Shown here: positions 1-12,834 of the stretch, piece by piece
Numbering within the stretch: position 1 is the first letter of the stretch
Layout of the letters: each line of letters opens with the position of its first letter
Source of the DNA: Eledone cirrhosa
Taxonomy: Eukaryota
Length of the DNA stretch: 64,000 bases
Assembly (NCBI GenBank): GCA_964016885.1
Contig: OZ024741.1
Location: 308,140,001-308,204,000 of the forward strand
Direction of reading: 5' to 3'
The notes under the pieces: model-generated
What the model was told of the DNA's origin: nothing
Seen by the model: the letters and a program-made list of their open reading frames with translations, nothing else
Database searches by the model: none
Translations under genes and position numbers: made by a program

Positions 1-176
1 GTACATTGAAATTATTCAAAAGATTGTTGAGAAATAAAGAGGAAAGAGTCTTCTACTTAATAACTATTATATATAAGAATAAAATTAAAATTCATCTCAA
101 AATTTCCTGTTTGACACGAAATTCCACTCACTAAACAGCCTGCATGGAAACATTGGATGGAATCATTTCTTATCTG

Positions 177-450
<274 letters not shown>

Positions 451-679
451 CATACTTGTATATACACGTATCAGTATATATATATACACAAAGTAAAACA
501 TAGGGAATCTATACGTGGTCGCACACCCTCCTAGAAACATGTAGGTCATTTTCTTCGAAATCACACCCGTCCGTTTAAATTCCTACATAAACATTGAGAA
601 CCAATACATGTGCCAGGATATTAACCAGGAACTCATCAACAAATGCAGCTGGTTGTTATATAATAAAAATAATAATAAT

Positions 680-885
680 GGTTTCTTATATAGGCACAAG
701 GCCAGCTATTTCGGGGGAGGGGAAAGTCGATTAAATCGACCCCAGTGCGTACTTTATTTTATCGCCACTGTAAGGATGAAAAGCAAAGTTAACCTCGGCA
801 GGATTTGAACTCAGTTCATAAAGGGCCGTAACTCTATGCTGCAAAGCATGGCGTCTGACACTCTACCGATACTGCCAATCCACCA
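680..885 (-). mobile_element. tRNA-derived SINE, long variant, Nin/Deu-like core (octopus-type family)
   Basis: Minus strand reads GGATTGGCAGTATCGGTAGAG...GAGTTCAAATCC (A/B-box like) then TTTCATCCTTAC...CGATAAAAATAAAGTAC; many copies in the window. Confidence 0.85.
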
Positions 886-904
886 TAACAATAATAATAA
901 TATT

Positions 905-1068
905 AATTGTTTCTACTTTTGGCACAAGGCCAGCAATTATTCCAGTGTATTACTGGTACTTTACTTTATCTACCCCGTAAGGATGAAAGGCAAAGTTAAC
1001 CTCGGCGGCATATGAACTTAGAACATAAAGGGCCATAACTCTATGCTGCAAAGCATAGTGTCTGCCGC
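905..1068 (-). mobile_element. Same SINE, short variant, head truncated where the R4/Dong element begins
   Basis: Same core; lacks the GGTCGATTTAATCGAC segment; similarity stops at about 1068. Confidence 0.8.
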
Positions 1069-1070
1069 TA

Positions 1071-4000
1071 TAACGGCGGGGAATAGCCGTGTCTCTAGGG
1101 GAGAACGACCCCTCTAGTCTTGGTTGACACTCGTTCTAGAAGTGGTAACACGAAATGATTACCCCTTGGCGGATAAGGATAAAACGCGAAAAAATAAAGT
1201 AAATGTCTAATGATAAAATCTCATACCGGATCGGCCGTCACCCGGGTAAAAAAGGGCCGCGTCCCTCAGAGAGGAACCAGACTGGGGTCGAAAAATCAGT
1301 TAATGGTTCAAACCTTCCCATCACTTCGGAGCTGGAGACCTCCCATAACCGGAATACTCCTACTGTTGGCCCTCCATGCTCACCACCAAGAAATCCAAAG
1401 AAAAAGAGAGAAAAATGGTCAAGGGAAGATAATAAAGAAGTCCTTGAGGCTTTCTACACTGCCATGTACTACCCATCAAATACATCGAATACAGAACAGA
1501 CATATATCAACTGGAAAAAGAAACATCCCCAAAACAGAGGCTATATTGACAGTAACAAACTAGCCAATATACGAAGAAATATTGTAAGAAAAAAGTTACT
1601 AACTGATATAGAAATTGATCAGATCAAGCTATTAGCACAAAGTCAGCGAAGGGAAAATGAAACATGTGTCAGTGAAAACGAGGTAAACTGTAACACTTCG
1701 AATCCCATGGTTGGGGCGGAATCACTGGCAACAGAACAAATTAAAGAAAGGATCGAAAAAGTGGAGGGAGTGCATGCTCAGGATGAAACTACAAATGAAA
1801 ATAATGAGATCGTAAATGATAAAGAAATGAATGAGAATGAACTTGCCAACTTGAAGGATGAAATTATGATCGAATGGATGAAAATGAAAGAATCTGACAT
1901 GGGGCAACGAGACACCCTCCCTAAGATCCAGAACTCCAAACAGAACCAAAAGATAATACACAAGACTAACATAATTCTCAAAAACATTATCATCACAAAC
2001 AAACTAAACATTACTGATTTAAATCATCTCTATTATGCATCGGCTAAAGTCACCACTCACTTATGTGGAGTGAAGATGAAAAAACAAAGGAATTCCCACA
2101 AGAAATCTACTTGGCAAGAGAACATCAATCGCCAAATAAACCTTCTCCGATCTGACATAGAAATTTTAACAAACTATAAAGTAGGTGAACATGTTAAACA
2201 AACTAAACTTAGAAAATTGAAAAAAAAGTACAGTATAAAATCAACATGTGACATAGACATGCTGATAGAAATAATCAAGCAAAAAGTGTCGGCCAAAGCT
2301 GCTCGTATAAGGCGCTTTGAAAAACGATCTAGATTCTATAAGGACAATAATATGTTCAAAAACAACCAAAGAAACTTCTACAGAAAAATTGGTAAGTCAA
2401 CAATAACTGCTAAATCAATACCACCCAAGGAGGAAGTGCAAGAATTCTGGGAAAAGATCTGGGCCGAAGAAAAAGTTCATAACATACATGCCCCATGGAT
2501 AGACAGACAAATGAAAGATACAGCTCACCTTGAGGAACAAACATGGGAAAATATAACAGTTGAACAGTTGCGCTTGGCTCTAAGAAAAACCAGCAAATGG
2601 AAATCCCCAGGAAAAGACAAAATACAAAACTTTTGGATAAATGCCTTCACAGAGTCTCATGAGCTGTTAGCCCAACTTTACAATGAAATAGTTAAGGAGC
2701 CAGAAAAGATACCTTCATGGCTAGTTAACGGCATTACATTCCTGCTTCCGAAGAATGATGAGACAAACAATCCCAAAAATTACAGACCGATAACTTGCTT
2801 GACCACAATGTATAAAATTTTAACATCAGTCCTAACTGAATACACATATGACCACCTGATAACAAATGACCTATTTCCCATTCAGCAGAAAGGGTGTAAA
2901 CGAGGCTCATATGGCTGTAAGGATCAGCTTCTGGTTAACAAAATGATACTGGAAGATTGTCATAATAGACACAAAAATCTATCGATTGCTTGGATAGATT
3001 ATAAAAAAGCATTTGATAGTTTGCCACACAGTTGGATTGAAAAATGTTTAGAGATTTTCAAAGTATCCCCCGTTGTCAGGAGGTTTTTGTCATTCAGTAT
3101 GAAGACATGGAAAACGACACTCCTTTTGAATAGTGAAACAAAATCACTGGAAGCTGGAGAAGTTAATATTAATTGTAGAATTTTTCAGGGTGACACTTTA
3201 TCACCGCTTTTATTCTGCATCGCACTTATACCATTAAGTAAAATGCTCAATGAAACAAAACATGGATATAAAGTCTATGACAAAACCATTAATCACCTGT
3301 TCTACATGGATGACCTGAAACTATTTGCAAAAAATGATGAACAATTGCAAGGGCTATTATCCACTGTGAAGCAGTTCAGTGATGACATTAAAATGGAGTT
3401 TGGACTAGATAAATGCGCCAAAGCAACGTTCACCAGAGGAAAGCTGCTGAAGAGTTCAGACATTAATCTTGATCGGGGGAACGTGATAAGAGAACTTGAT
3501 CAAGAAAAAACTTACAAATATCTAGGTGTTTGTGAAGGAGACGGAATCAAGCACTCGACAATGAGGGAAAGGATAAGGAAGGAATGTTACCGCAGAGTAA
3601 GAGCAATCTTAAGAACGTAATTGAATGCAAGGAATAGGATCGATGCCATAAACACGCTTGCCATACCAGTAGTAACCTACAGTTACAATGTCATCAACTG
3701 GTCAAGCACAGAGATCCGTAGGCTCGATACAAAAATTCCAAAATTCTTAACCATGCACAGAATGCATCACCCTAAGGCAGATATAGATAGAATATATCTC
3801 CCTAGGAAAGAAGGAGGACGTGGGTTAATCCAGTTAGACATTGCGTTGAAAACTGCAACAATTGGATTATCTACATATCTAAGGGAATCACATGATTGGA
3901 TGATCAAACTCGTTTTGAAACACGAAAGCATCAAAAGATCATATTCCATTACAAAAGATGCACAAAGATACAGTAATGGACTACAAATTTCAGAAGTCCC

Positions 4001-4996
4001 ATTTACTGCTGAAATGGAAAACACAGAAAAAGCAAAGCAGGTAAAAGTAACTGCAAAGAAAGAACTGCTACAGAAACTGGCTAAGAAATGGCAAGAAAAG
4101 CCTCTGTATGGAAAATACCCAGAGCGAGCTAACAATCCTGATGTTGACAAAACTTTAACCCATCAGTGGTTGGCATCCTCTGGACTGAAATCGGAGACTG
4201 AAGGACTGATTATATCGGCACAAGATCAGTGTCTGCCAACAAAAAATTACCAAGCCAACATAATAAAAAATGGGTGCAGCCCATTATGCCGTGTATGCAA
4301 AAAACAACCAGAGACCATTGACCATATAATTTCAATGTGCAGTCCTATAGCTCTAACCGAATACCTAAACAGGAATGACAGAGCTGCACAATACATACAT
4401 TGGATAATGTGTAAGCATTTTGACCTGCCCCATCAAAAGAATTGGTGGGAGCATCAACCACCTCCCATACTTGAAAAAGATCACATCTCAATCTTGTGGA
4501 ACTTTAGCATCCAAACAGACCGAAAAATAGATGCAAACAGACCTGATATAATATTGAAAGACTTTCAAAAGAGGGTATGCCTGCTAATTGATATGTCTGT
4601 TCCAATAGACAAGAATGTATCTATAAAAACATTTGAAAAATTGAGCAAGTATAAGGACCTGGAGATAGAAATTGGAAAAATGTGGAAATTGAGAACTAAA
4701 ACAATACCAGTGGTTGTAGGCGCTCTGGGAATGATACCTAAGGGGTCTAATGATTACATATCGCAAATCCCAGGAAACCCGCGTATAGGAGAAATACAAA
4801 AGATAGTACTAATGGGAACTGCCCATATACTAAGGAAGATTCTGTCAATATAAGTACATCACAAGTCTAAACACTAAAGATGCATGTGTGAATATGTATG
4901 TTCTTTCTTGAACATGGCGGACCTTGTTGTCTCTTGAGGTCACTGGTTGTGACATGGTGATAACTCGTATGAACATAAAGCAAGATAAATGCAACT

Positions 4997-4997
<1 letters not shown>
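1071..4997 (+). mobile_element. Near full-length R4/Dong-like non-LTR retrotransposon (RT + CCHC + restriction-like endonuclease)
   Basis: Single long frame, about 130-nt 5' leader, about 145-nt 3' UTR, followed by (TAA)n at 4998-5050. Confidence 0.9.
1203..4853 (+). pseudogene. RT-RLE polyprotein interrupted by one in-frame TAA (3618-3620)
   Basis: RT motifs WKSPGKD, YRPITCL, WIDYKKAFDS, IFQGD, LFYMDD, YKYLG; zinc knuckle CRVCx8Hx4C; RLE RPDII..D..K..KY. ORFs 1203-3620 and 3621-4853 are contiguous and in the same frame. Confidence 0.9.
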
Positions 4998-5050
<53 letters not shown>

Positions 5051-5051
<1 letters not shown>

Positions 5052-5545
5052 GAAATGGTATGAGCATAGGCCGGAGGCGGTGATGGAGAACAATCAGGTG
5101 AAGCTGCTGTGGGATTTTAGGATACAGACAGACAAAAAACTGGAACACAATAGACCTGACCTGATGGTTGTGGACAAAGAAAAAAGATCGTGTCTGATTG
5201 TGGATGTGGCCTGCCCGTTCGACACGAGAGTGCAAGAGAAGGAGAGGGAGAAAATTAACCGATACCAGGACCTAAAGTGGGAGGTGAAAAGGATTTGGAA
5301 CTGCCATGAAGTCAAAGTGATCCCGATTGTCATAGGCGCACTGGGGACTATCTCCAAAAGTTTCCAGGGATGGTTAAAGAAAATCGGCCCCTTCACGCTT
5401 TTTGGAACGCTTCAAAAGGCATGCTTGCTTGGAACAGCAAGAACCCTCCGATACGTCCTGAATATCTGAGGCTGCAGGTAGTGGCTTGATATTCATTCCA
5501 ACGGACTTTCCAGTTAACCAACATCAATGACTGAGATTCAAGGAA
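5051..5545 (+). mobile_element. 5'-truncated copy of a second R4/Dong-like family (RLE domain + 3' UTR)
   Basis: WYEHRPE..LWDFRIQTD..NRPDL..DVACP..KINRYQDL; bounded by (TAA)n on both sides. Confidence 0.88.
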
Positions 5546-5552
5546 TAACAAC

Positions 5553-5593
<41 letters not shown>

Positions 5594-5595
5594 TG

Positions 5596-7310
5596 ATTTC
5601 TTTATTAACCACAAGGGTTTACATAAAGTAGACATTAAGGACAGTGCAGGACAATGCAGGACGGTACAAATGGGCATTTCTGCGTGTAAAAAACAAAAAC
5701 AGAGGATGTAACAAAAAATAACAATGAAAAATTCCCCAATAGGGGGCAGACTTCGGAGGGACATTTGTGGAGAAAGCCCAGTAAAAAGCCACAATGACCC
5801 TGACCACCAAGGCAAGTGCCCTCTCCCAGTTTTCCACCTTTAATTTACAGATATATACTCAGAGTAGGCCCATTCACTCGGGCCATTCTTGCTTCTCTCA
5901 CCCATCTTTCAACAAAATGCTGGGAAGAGAGCACTTCCCTCTCTACTCTGATTTTCCTTTTCAAATGAAATTTGAAAAAGTCAATCAGAGCATCACCGAA
6001 GAGGTAAGTGCTCGTCTTCAGCCCTTTCAAACGTGTCCACCATACTATCTCTTTCACCATGGCCACCAGGCAGATAAAAACTGCCTGCCCTTCCCGGCTA
6101 AAGGAGGAGGGCGGGGCAATCCTCACGATGGACTCAGATGATAGCCGGATCCGTCCTAAACGCGACAGCAGGTGTTCGACATAAACCCACAAGTCAGCAA
6201 TTTTCGGACACTGGACGAGTGCGTGCAGGACGGTTTCGTCGCCCTGCGCGCATCTCGGACATGCCCGGCTGACGGCACCTCCATGCCTGTAGAGTTTATC
6301 CCGAACTGGCAAGGCTCCTCGGTAGCACTGCCAGGCCAGAGATTTCTGGAAGTTGTCCATAGGCCCTGGCCCGAAAGTTCTTCCGAAGAGATTGGCTAGT
6401 TGATTTTCGTCGACGCCTAGAGTTTCCCCAAGTACGTCGTCGCTCTTCCCCTCCACTAATCCTCTATAGAACGCCGAGGTGGAGTTTCCACCGATCACAT
6501 TGCCCGATTGGTCGAGGGCTGTGAGCGCCTGAAAACATTCCAGTCTCCAGGCGCTCCCTCTCGGTCTTCGCTTGACCCAGGACTGCAGCTCCGTCAAGGA
6601 AACGAGCTGGGGAAAAACGCGTCTAGCAAACGGCGACCACACCTGATCACCGTCGAGGAAGAGGTAGAGATGTCGTAGCCTGAGCGCGTGCCTGCGCATC
6701 ATCAGCCACGGCATGCCCAGCCCTCCACGTAGCGGGTGTTGACAACAGATGGACCTCCTGACCATCGGAGCACGTCCCTTCCACAAAAAGCGAAAGAGCA
6801 AACGCTCTAGCGCAGTCAGGCGAGGCTTAGGACAAGGTACGACGGTTAGGCGGTAGCAGATGACAGACGCGATGTACGCGTTAGCCACCTCCGCTCGACC
6901 TTTCAGGGATAGCTTCCTCTCGGCCCATTTCTGGGTGAGAGAAGCCACCCTGCTCGTCACCTCGTCCCAGTTTTTGTCCGTCTGGAGGTCCGGACCGAAC
7001 CAGACCCCTAGCATTTTAACCGGTCCGTCCGTCCAGCGCCCGACGACGCTGTTGGACTGCATGGACCTGCCTCTCCAGGTGCCGAGCTGCAGGCCCACCG
7101 ACTTTTCCTGCTTGATCATTGCTCCTGTCACCGCTTCGTATTCTCTTAGTGTAGTGCCGATCGCCTCGATGTGTTTGGCGTTCGACACCACTACGGTGAC
7201 ATCGTCCGCATATGCTGACACGGATCTTCCGCATCCTAGCATCCTAGTTCGCGCGGGACGCCCCTCAACGTCTCCAGTTTGTGCAGTAATGGCTCGAGAG
7301 TCAATACGTA
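5596..7310 (-). mobile_element. 5'-truncated Tx1/L1-clade LINE (RT C-terminal half + zf-RVT)
   Basis: ORF 5845-7242 with SAYADD, LSLKGRA, GGLGMP, CPRCx8Hx4C; upstream YVLTLEPLL to about 7310; AATAAA near its 3' end next to the TAA tract. Confidence 0.88.
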
Positions 7311-7329
7311 CAATAATAATAATAATAAT

Positions 7330-8415
7330 TCTGAGATGGAATGTTGCTGAACAAAAAGAAATGGATAGGAAGACTAGGAAGCTATTGACTATCTACAATA
7401 TGTTCCACAAGAGGAGTGATGTCGATAGACTCTACCTAAGGAGATCTGAGGGTGGAAGAGGTCTTATCAGCATAGAGGACTGATAGTAAGGAGCCAATGC
7501 TCAGAACTGTACTGAAGGAGGGGACAGTAGACCAGGGGATGTCCAAGGAGGAAATAACATCAAGGAGAAAGAGCAGCCTTCAGGGAAAATCCCTTCATAG
7601 TACCTTCTTTGAGAAAACTGAATTTAGAGATCCACAGACATGGAACTGGTTGAGAAGAGGAGACCTCAAAAAGGCTACAGAAGGAATGCTAATGGCTGCG
7701 CAGGAGCAGGCCCTCAAAACGAAGTGGTTGAAGCACCATATTTACAAGGAGGAGGCTAGCCCACTGTGCAGGATCTGTGGAGAGAGAGAGGAGACTGTGT
7801 CTCACATTGTATCCGAGTGTAAACACCTAGCCCAGACCCACTATAAAGGCTGGAGACATGATGTGATGGGCAGGGTGATCCACTGGCACCTGTGCAAAGT
7901 AAATAATTTACCACATTCTGAGAAATTGTATGAGCATAGGCCAGAGGCGGTGAGGGAGAACGATCAGGTGAAGGTGCTGTGGGATTTTAGGATACAGACG
8001 GACAAGAAACTGTAACACAATAGACCTGACCTGGTGGTTGTGGACAAAGAAAAAAGATCGTGTCTGATTGTGGATGTGGCCTGCCCATTCGACACGAGAG
8101 TGCAAGAGAAGGAGAGGGAGAAAATTAACCGATACCAGGACCTAAAGTAGGAGGTGAAAAGGATTTGGAACTGCCATGAAGTCAAAGTGATCCCGATTGT
8201 CATAGGCGCACTGGGGACTATCTCCAAAAGTTTCCAGGGATGGTTAAAGAAAATCGGCCTCTTCACGCTTTTTGGAACTCTTCAAAAGGCATGCTTGCTG
8301 GGAACAGCAAGAACACTCCGATACGTCCTGAATATCTGAGGCTGCAGGTAGTGGCTTGATATTCATTCCAACGGACTTTCCAGTTAACCAAGATCAATGA
8401 CTGAGATTCAAGGAA
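7330..8415 (+). mobile_element. Longer decayed copy of the second R4/Dong-like family
   Basis: DVDRLYLRRSEGGRGL, AAQEQAL, CRICx8Hx4C, RHD, then RLE with stops at 8013 and 8148; 3' part near-identical to 5051-5545. Confidence 0.88.
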
Positions 8416-8428
8416 TAACAACAACAAC

Positions 8429-8496
<68 letters not shown>

Positions 8497-8712
8497 GGGC
8501 TGGAGACATGATGTGATGGGCAGGGTGATCCACTGGCACCTATGCAAAGTAAACAATTTACCACATTGTGAGAAGTGGTGTGAGCATAAGCCAGAGTCGG
8601 TGATAGAAAACGATCAGGTGAAGGTGCTGTGGGATTTTAGGATACAGACAGACAAGAAACTGGAACATAATAGACCTGACCTGGTGGTTGTGGACAAAGA
8701 AAAAAGATCGTG
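8497..8712 (+). mobile_element. Third fragment of the second R4/Dong-like family
   Basis: Repeats 7848-8063 (RHDVMGRVIHW..NRPDL) directly after a (TAA)n tract. Confidence 0.85.
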
Positions 8713-9110
8713 CCTCTCGTCTACGATTTCACAGTACTTATGTTTACCGAATTCGCAGACCAGACCCCTTCTTCCTCCCGTTAGACCTGTGCGAAATTCC
8801 TTCCTTGCTCACATTTCAACCAGGTTTGATGGTCTTTATTCTCTCGTTCACGATTTCACCGAACTTAAATTCATAGAAATCTGGGACTTGTCTCCTTCTT
8901 CCTCACTTTCTGTTGCTTCACCATTTTGTTTGTTTACCCTCGCGTCCCCTTTATTTACGTGTCCCAACGACATTTTTTAGCCGTTGCTCGCACCAACCGG
9001 AGGTATATGGTCTTTAAAGCGATGAAATGCCTATGATAGTTGGAAGATCACTGATGAAGGACAAACTTTTTTCATATGTAACCCATTTGCAACTCCGCAG
9101 CGCCCTTATG

Positions 9111-9112
<2 letters not shown>
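8713..9112 (+). mobile_element. Unclassified interspersed repeat (also 48389-48970), possibly a Penelope-like pseudo-LTR
   Basis: Aligns by eye with 48655-48970 and 48389-48490; contains CTGATGAAGGAC; ends in (TA)n. Confidence 0.55.
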
Positions 9113-9146
<34 letters not shown>

Positions 9147-9174
9147 TGTGTGTGTATATATATATGTATGTTTG

Positions 9175-9224
<50 letters not shown>

Positions 9225-9648
9225 TGTGTGCGTGTTTGTGTGCGTATATATCTATATATATATATATAAATATATATATACATATGTGTGTATATATGTA
9301 TATACATATATTTGACTATATAGACACAAGATTCTCACTCTGCAATGAGACGGCTGCAACAGATTTATGTCTATGACTATTAAGTACTTAAGAAGACACA
9401 CACACATACACACACATGCAAACATACACACACAGACACACAAACACAGAAACAAACAAACAAACACACGTGTGCGTTTAATCTACTTGATGTATAAACA
9501 ATAGTTTCCTATTAGAAATATTCTAAGAATGATGGGAAAGACTAAATTCACACAAAATCTTTCCCTACCTCATAACTTATAAGTTTTAAGTAGATTGTTT
9601 TAAGTAGTACCTTATGCATGTATCTGCGAGGTCGTGTATATGTATATA

Positions 9649-10445
9649 CTAGCAGAAGTACCCAGCGTTGCCTGGGTAGGTAAAATCATATCTGCTTTGA
9701 TGAAAAGGTTTTGATCTTAGCGACTGCTTCTCGATAACTTATCTATGGCCACACAGAGGCCATGCGGGGGAGGGTGGTGATGACCTCTATCACTGAGAAA
9801 CGCGGGTGACTGACGAAGGGGCATGCTGGGGGAGGGAGTTTCGAATTTGAATGAAATCGGTTGAAAAATGTGGGAGCTAGAGCCGAAAAGGCGGAAATTT
9901 GAGCGAAGAGGTGGTATTTTCGAATATTTAAGCGGCTGCCGCGCCGTTTCTGAACAAAAAATCCCAAATGTAAAGATGTGAAATAATCAGATCTAGCGTA
10001 TTGGAAAATTTGAACAAAGTAAGTTGATTAATGTGGGAGCTAGAGCCAAAAAGTGGAAATTTTAGTCTAAAGTGGTAGTTTTGAATATTTAAGTGGCTGC
10101 CACGCCGTCTCTGAACAACAAATGCAAAATATAAAGCCATTACAGGATGTGAAATGATAAATTCTATTTTTCTTTAAAATTTGAACGAAATCGGTGGCAA
10201 AATGTGGGAGCTAGAGCCAAAAATCTTATTTTTCGATACCTAAAAAAAGGTGACCCCCCTATCGGTTTTTATCTGCAGAATGACCCCGGAATAAAAATAA
10301 AACAATACGCTGATATATAGAAGACACTCCCGGATGAGTACTCTATGAGCCTGTGAAGTTTCATGAAAATCGGTCGTAAGATGTAGGCCCCTATAGGTAA
10401 TACACAGACACAGAGACACACACAAACACACACATACTTAATTTT
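9649..10445 (-). mobile_element. Non-autonomous Helitron
   Basis: Minus-strand 3' end: hairpin ACCCAG..CTGGGT (9660-9677) then CTAG; internal imperfect repeats TGTGGGAGCTAGAGCC x3. Confidence 0.7.
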
Positions 10446-10455
10446 ATATATATAC

Positions 10456-10557
<102 letters not shown>

Positions 10558-11237
10558 TTCAAGAGTAACCAATCTTAAAGAGAGAGATTGAGATAGTAGA
10601 GGAGATATGAGAGGAAAGATTGGTGAGTTAGTTAGAAGCCAAAGCGTAAAGGCATGTGCTCAATGTGCAATATGCAGTAGAAAGCAGCTAGGTGGCTGGG
10701 TTCATGCAGAGGTTAGGTGCGCAGAGCTGGAAATATTCATTAGTTAAGCAAAACAAGACCACTTGTTACATAACTCTATCAAGACCTCTACCAATTAACG
10801 ATAGAACGGAGGTAACCATTAGCTGTCAACATCGAAGGGCTAATTCCTTCGCCAATAGAGTTTTTGACCCAACTTAGTCATGTAGCCCTATCTCTAATTG
10901 TAGCTAATAAGTTAAATTGCTATGAACAACTCGATAATTATAAGTTACCTCCCCTACATTGTCTCTCAATTAAATAATTTAAATACTAGCACATAACTAT
11001 AAAATACACACAATCTCTAATCTCTTGAGAAGTTACTTCCCCTGAAACCACCCTCTAATTAGTAAGGTAAATATGCCCTTTGGCAGCCATCTTGTTACCC
11101 ATAGGCAGATCTCACACAATGCAGCCTCGACAGATGAATACTGCTTGATTATGGCTGACAGCTGATGAAACAAAGGCACAATAGTAAAAACTAATATATG
11201 GAACATTATATTATGTAACATTATTTTAATTTATATT

Positions 11238-11368
11238 CCTTTGAGTTCCGATGAGCCACTCTGTTTTTTTAAATATGTTAATTATTTTCAACTGAACCAG
11301 ATCAATTATGATACATAGTCATCTGATCCAGAAATATTATACGGAGTAGCGAAACAATTGTAAACAGG
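11238..11368 (+). ncRNA. Type I hammerhead ribozyme, CCGAUGA core variant, long stem II
   Basis: GTT-CCGATGA-GCCACTCTGT...ACGGAGTAGC-GAAA-C-AATT-GT-A-AAC. Confidence 0.6.
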
Positions 11369-11708
11369 CATTATTATTATTAATATTATTATTATTATTA
11401 TTCTCTACATTCCTTACATCAAACTAAATATGTTGACAATCTTTTAATAATGTGAAATTTGTGGTCTTGTTTTGCTTAACTAATGAATATATATATATAT
11501 ATAACGAAGGAAATGTGGTAAGGAACCAGGTGGACCCTAACGCACCAAAGTACTCAAGTAGAGTGGATAATAGGAACGAGTAGGACCCCGACGGCTGGAC
11601 TAAGTCCAGAATTAGCCGTCGAAACGGCTTGAGCTCAGCCGTCGGGGTCCTACTCGTTCCTATATATATATAGAGAGAAGTGGTTACACAACAGTTAGTT
11701 CACCATAC

Positions 11709-11746
11709 CGAGAACAATTGTTTCACCTTAGCGGATCCTCAGCTCG
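11709..11746 (-). ncRNA. Minimal type I hammerhead ribozyme
   Basis: CGAG-CTGAGGA-TCC GCTAA GGT-GAAA-C AATT GT-T-CTCG, downstream of the GIY-YIG stop. Confidence 0.75.
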
Positions 11747-11878
11747 TAATGGACATGGTAATACAGAACAGGAAGGTCAACCGTACGAACCCGCAAGCGC
11801 AGAAACGATCACTGAGGGATATAACTGCGAAAGTCCGAAAGTTTCTAGTTGATAAGAAAATTAGGATGTTGTTGTAAT

Positions 11879-12380
11879 TCAATCCGGAGCTTTGTAGTTG
11901 TGTAAGAGGTGTTTCCAGACGTGGGGACAACGTGTGAAGAATTCATTTGTTGAGTTTAGGCAATCACTATTGCGTAATCTCTTGAGAATATTTATTCGTT
12001 TATCAATACATAATCCACACGACGGATTGCCCCTTGCGTATAGCTTGGACTTAGTGATGGCTTTCCATTGAATGGAGTGGTCTATACTTGAGTCCTTGAG
12101 GGACCATACGTGGCTCGCGAGTTTCGTGGGTGAACGTCTGTCCGGGTACCTAAAGGTCGACTGGTGGTTCAGGAAGCGTTCCTTACATCTGCCCTCCACC
12201 ATACCTACATAGGATTTGACCTCCTGTGGTTGATTTGGTCGGTTGGAAGTGACCACAGCTTCATAAACTACAGCGGGTGTGTTGCATTGCTGTTGAAGGG
12301 GACAAGCTTCGGGCTTACGGCAAGAGCACCCTGGTGAGGTGTTGCTCTTAGGGCTGTTGATGATGTGGGCCTTCATGTCG
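11879..12380 (-). pseudogene. GIY-YIG endonuclease fragment of a Penelope-like element
   Basis: CSCRKPEACPL..VVYEA..SYVG..KERFLNH..LASHVW..CGLC..LNS.NE..RCPH. Confidence 0.85.
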
Positions 12381-12700
12381 CGTGGACTATGTATTGATGA
12401 ACGAATAAATATTCTAAAGAGATTACGCAATAGTGATTGCCTAAACTCAAGAAATGAATTCTTCACACGTTGTCCACACGTTGTCCACACGTCTGGAAAC
12501 ACCTCTTACATAACTACAAAGCTCCGGATTGAATTACAACAACATCCTAATTTTCTTGTCAACTACAAACTTTCGGAATTTCGCAGTTATATCCCTTACA
12601 CCTCTTGCACGCAATTTAGTATTGTTTGTGGGAAGTGATCGTTTCTGCGCATGCGTGTTCGGACAGTTGTCCTTTCTGTTCCGTATAACCATGTCCATTA

Positions 12701-12739
12701 CGAGCTGAGGATCCGCTAAGGTGAAACAATTGTTCCTCG
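12701..12739 (+). ncRNA. Inverted copy of the same hammerhead (one extra nucleotide at the cleavage site)
   Basis: CGAG-CTGAGGA-TCCGCTAAGGT-GAAACAATTGTTC-CTCG. Confidence 0.7.
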
Positions 12740-12834
12740 GTATGGTGAACTAACTGTTGTGTAACCATTTCTACCTAACTCGTCCCAGGGACTGAGTGCT
12801 CTACCACTACGGATATTACCTTCCAGTGTTCTAC

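Noticed and set aside
3618-3620. Programmed readthrough or A-to-I recoding of the TAA
   Set aside because: The expected residue is Glu (GAA), editing would give Trp, and other motif changes indicate ordinary decay.
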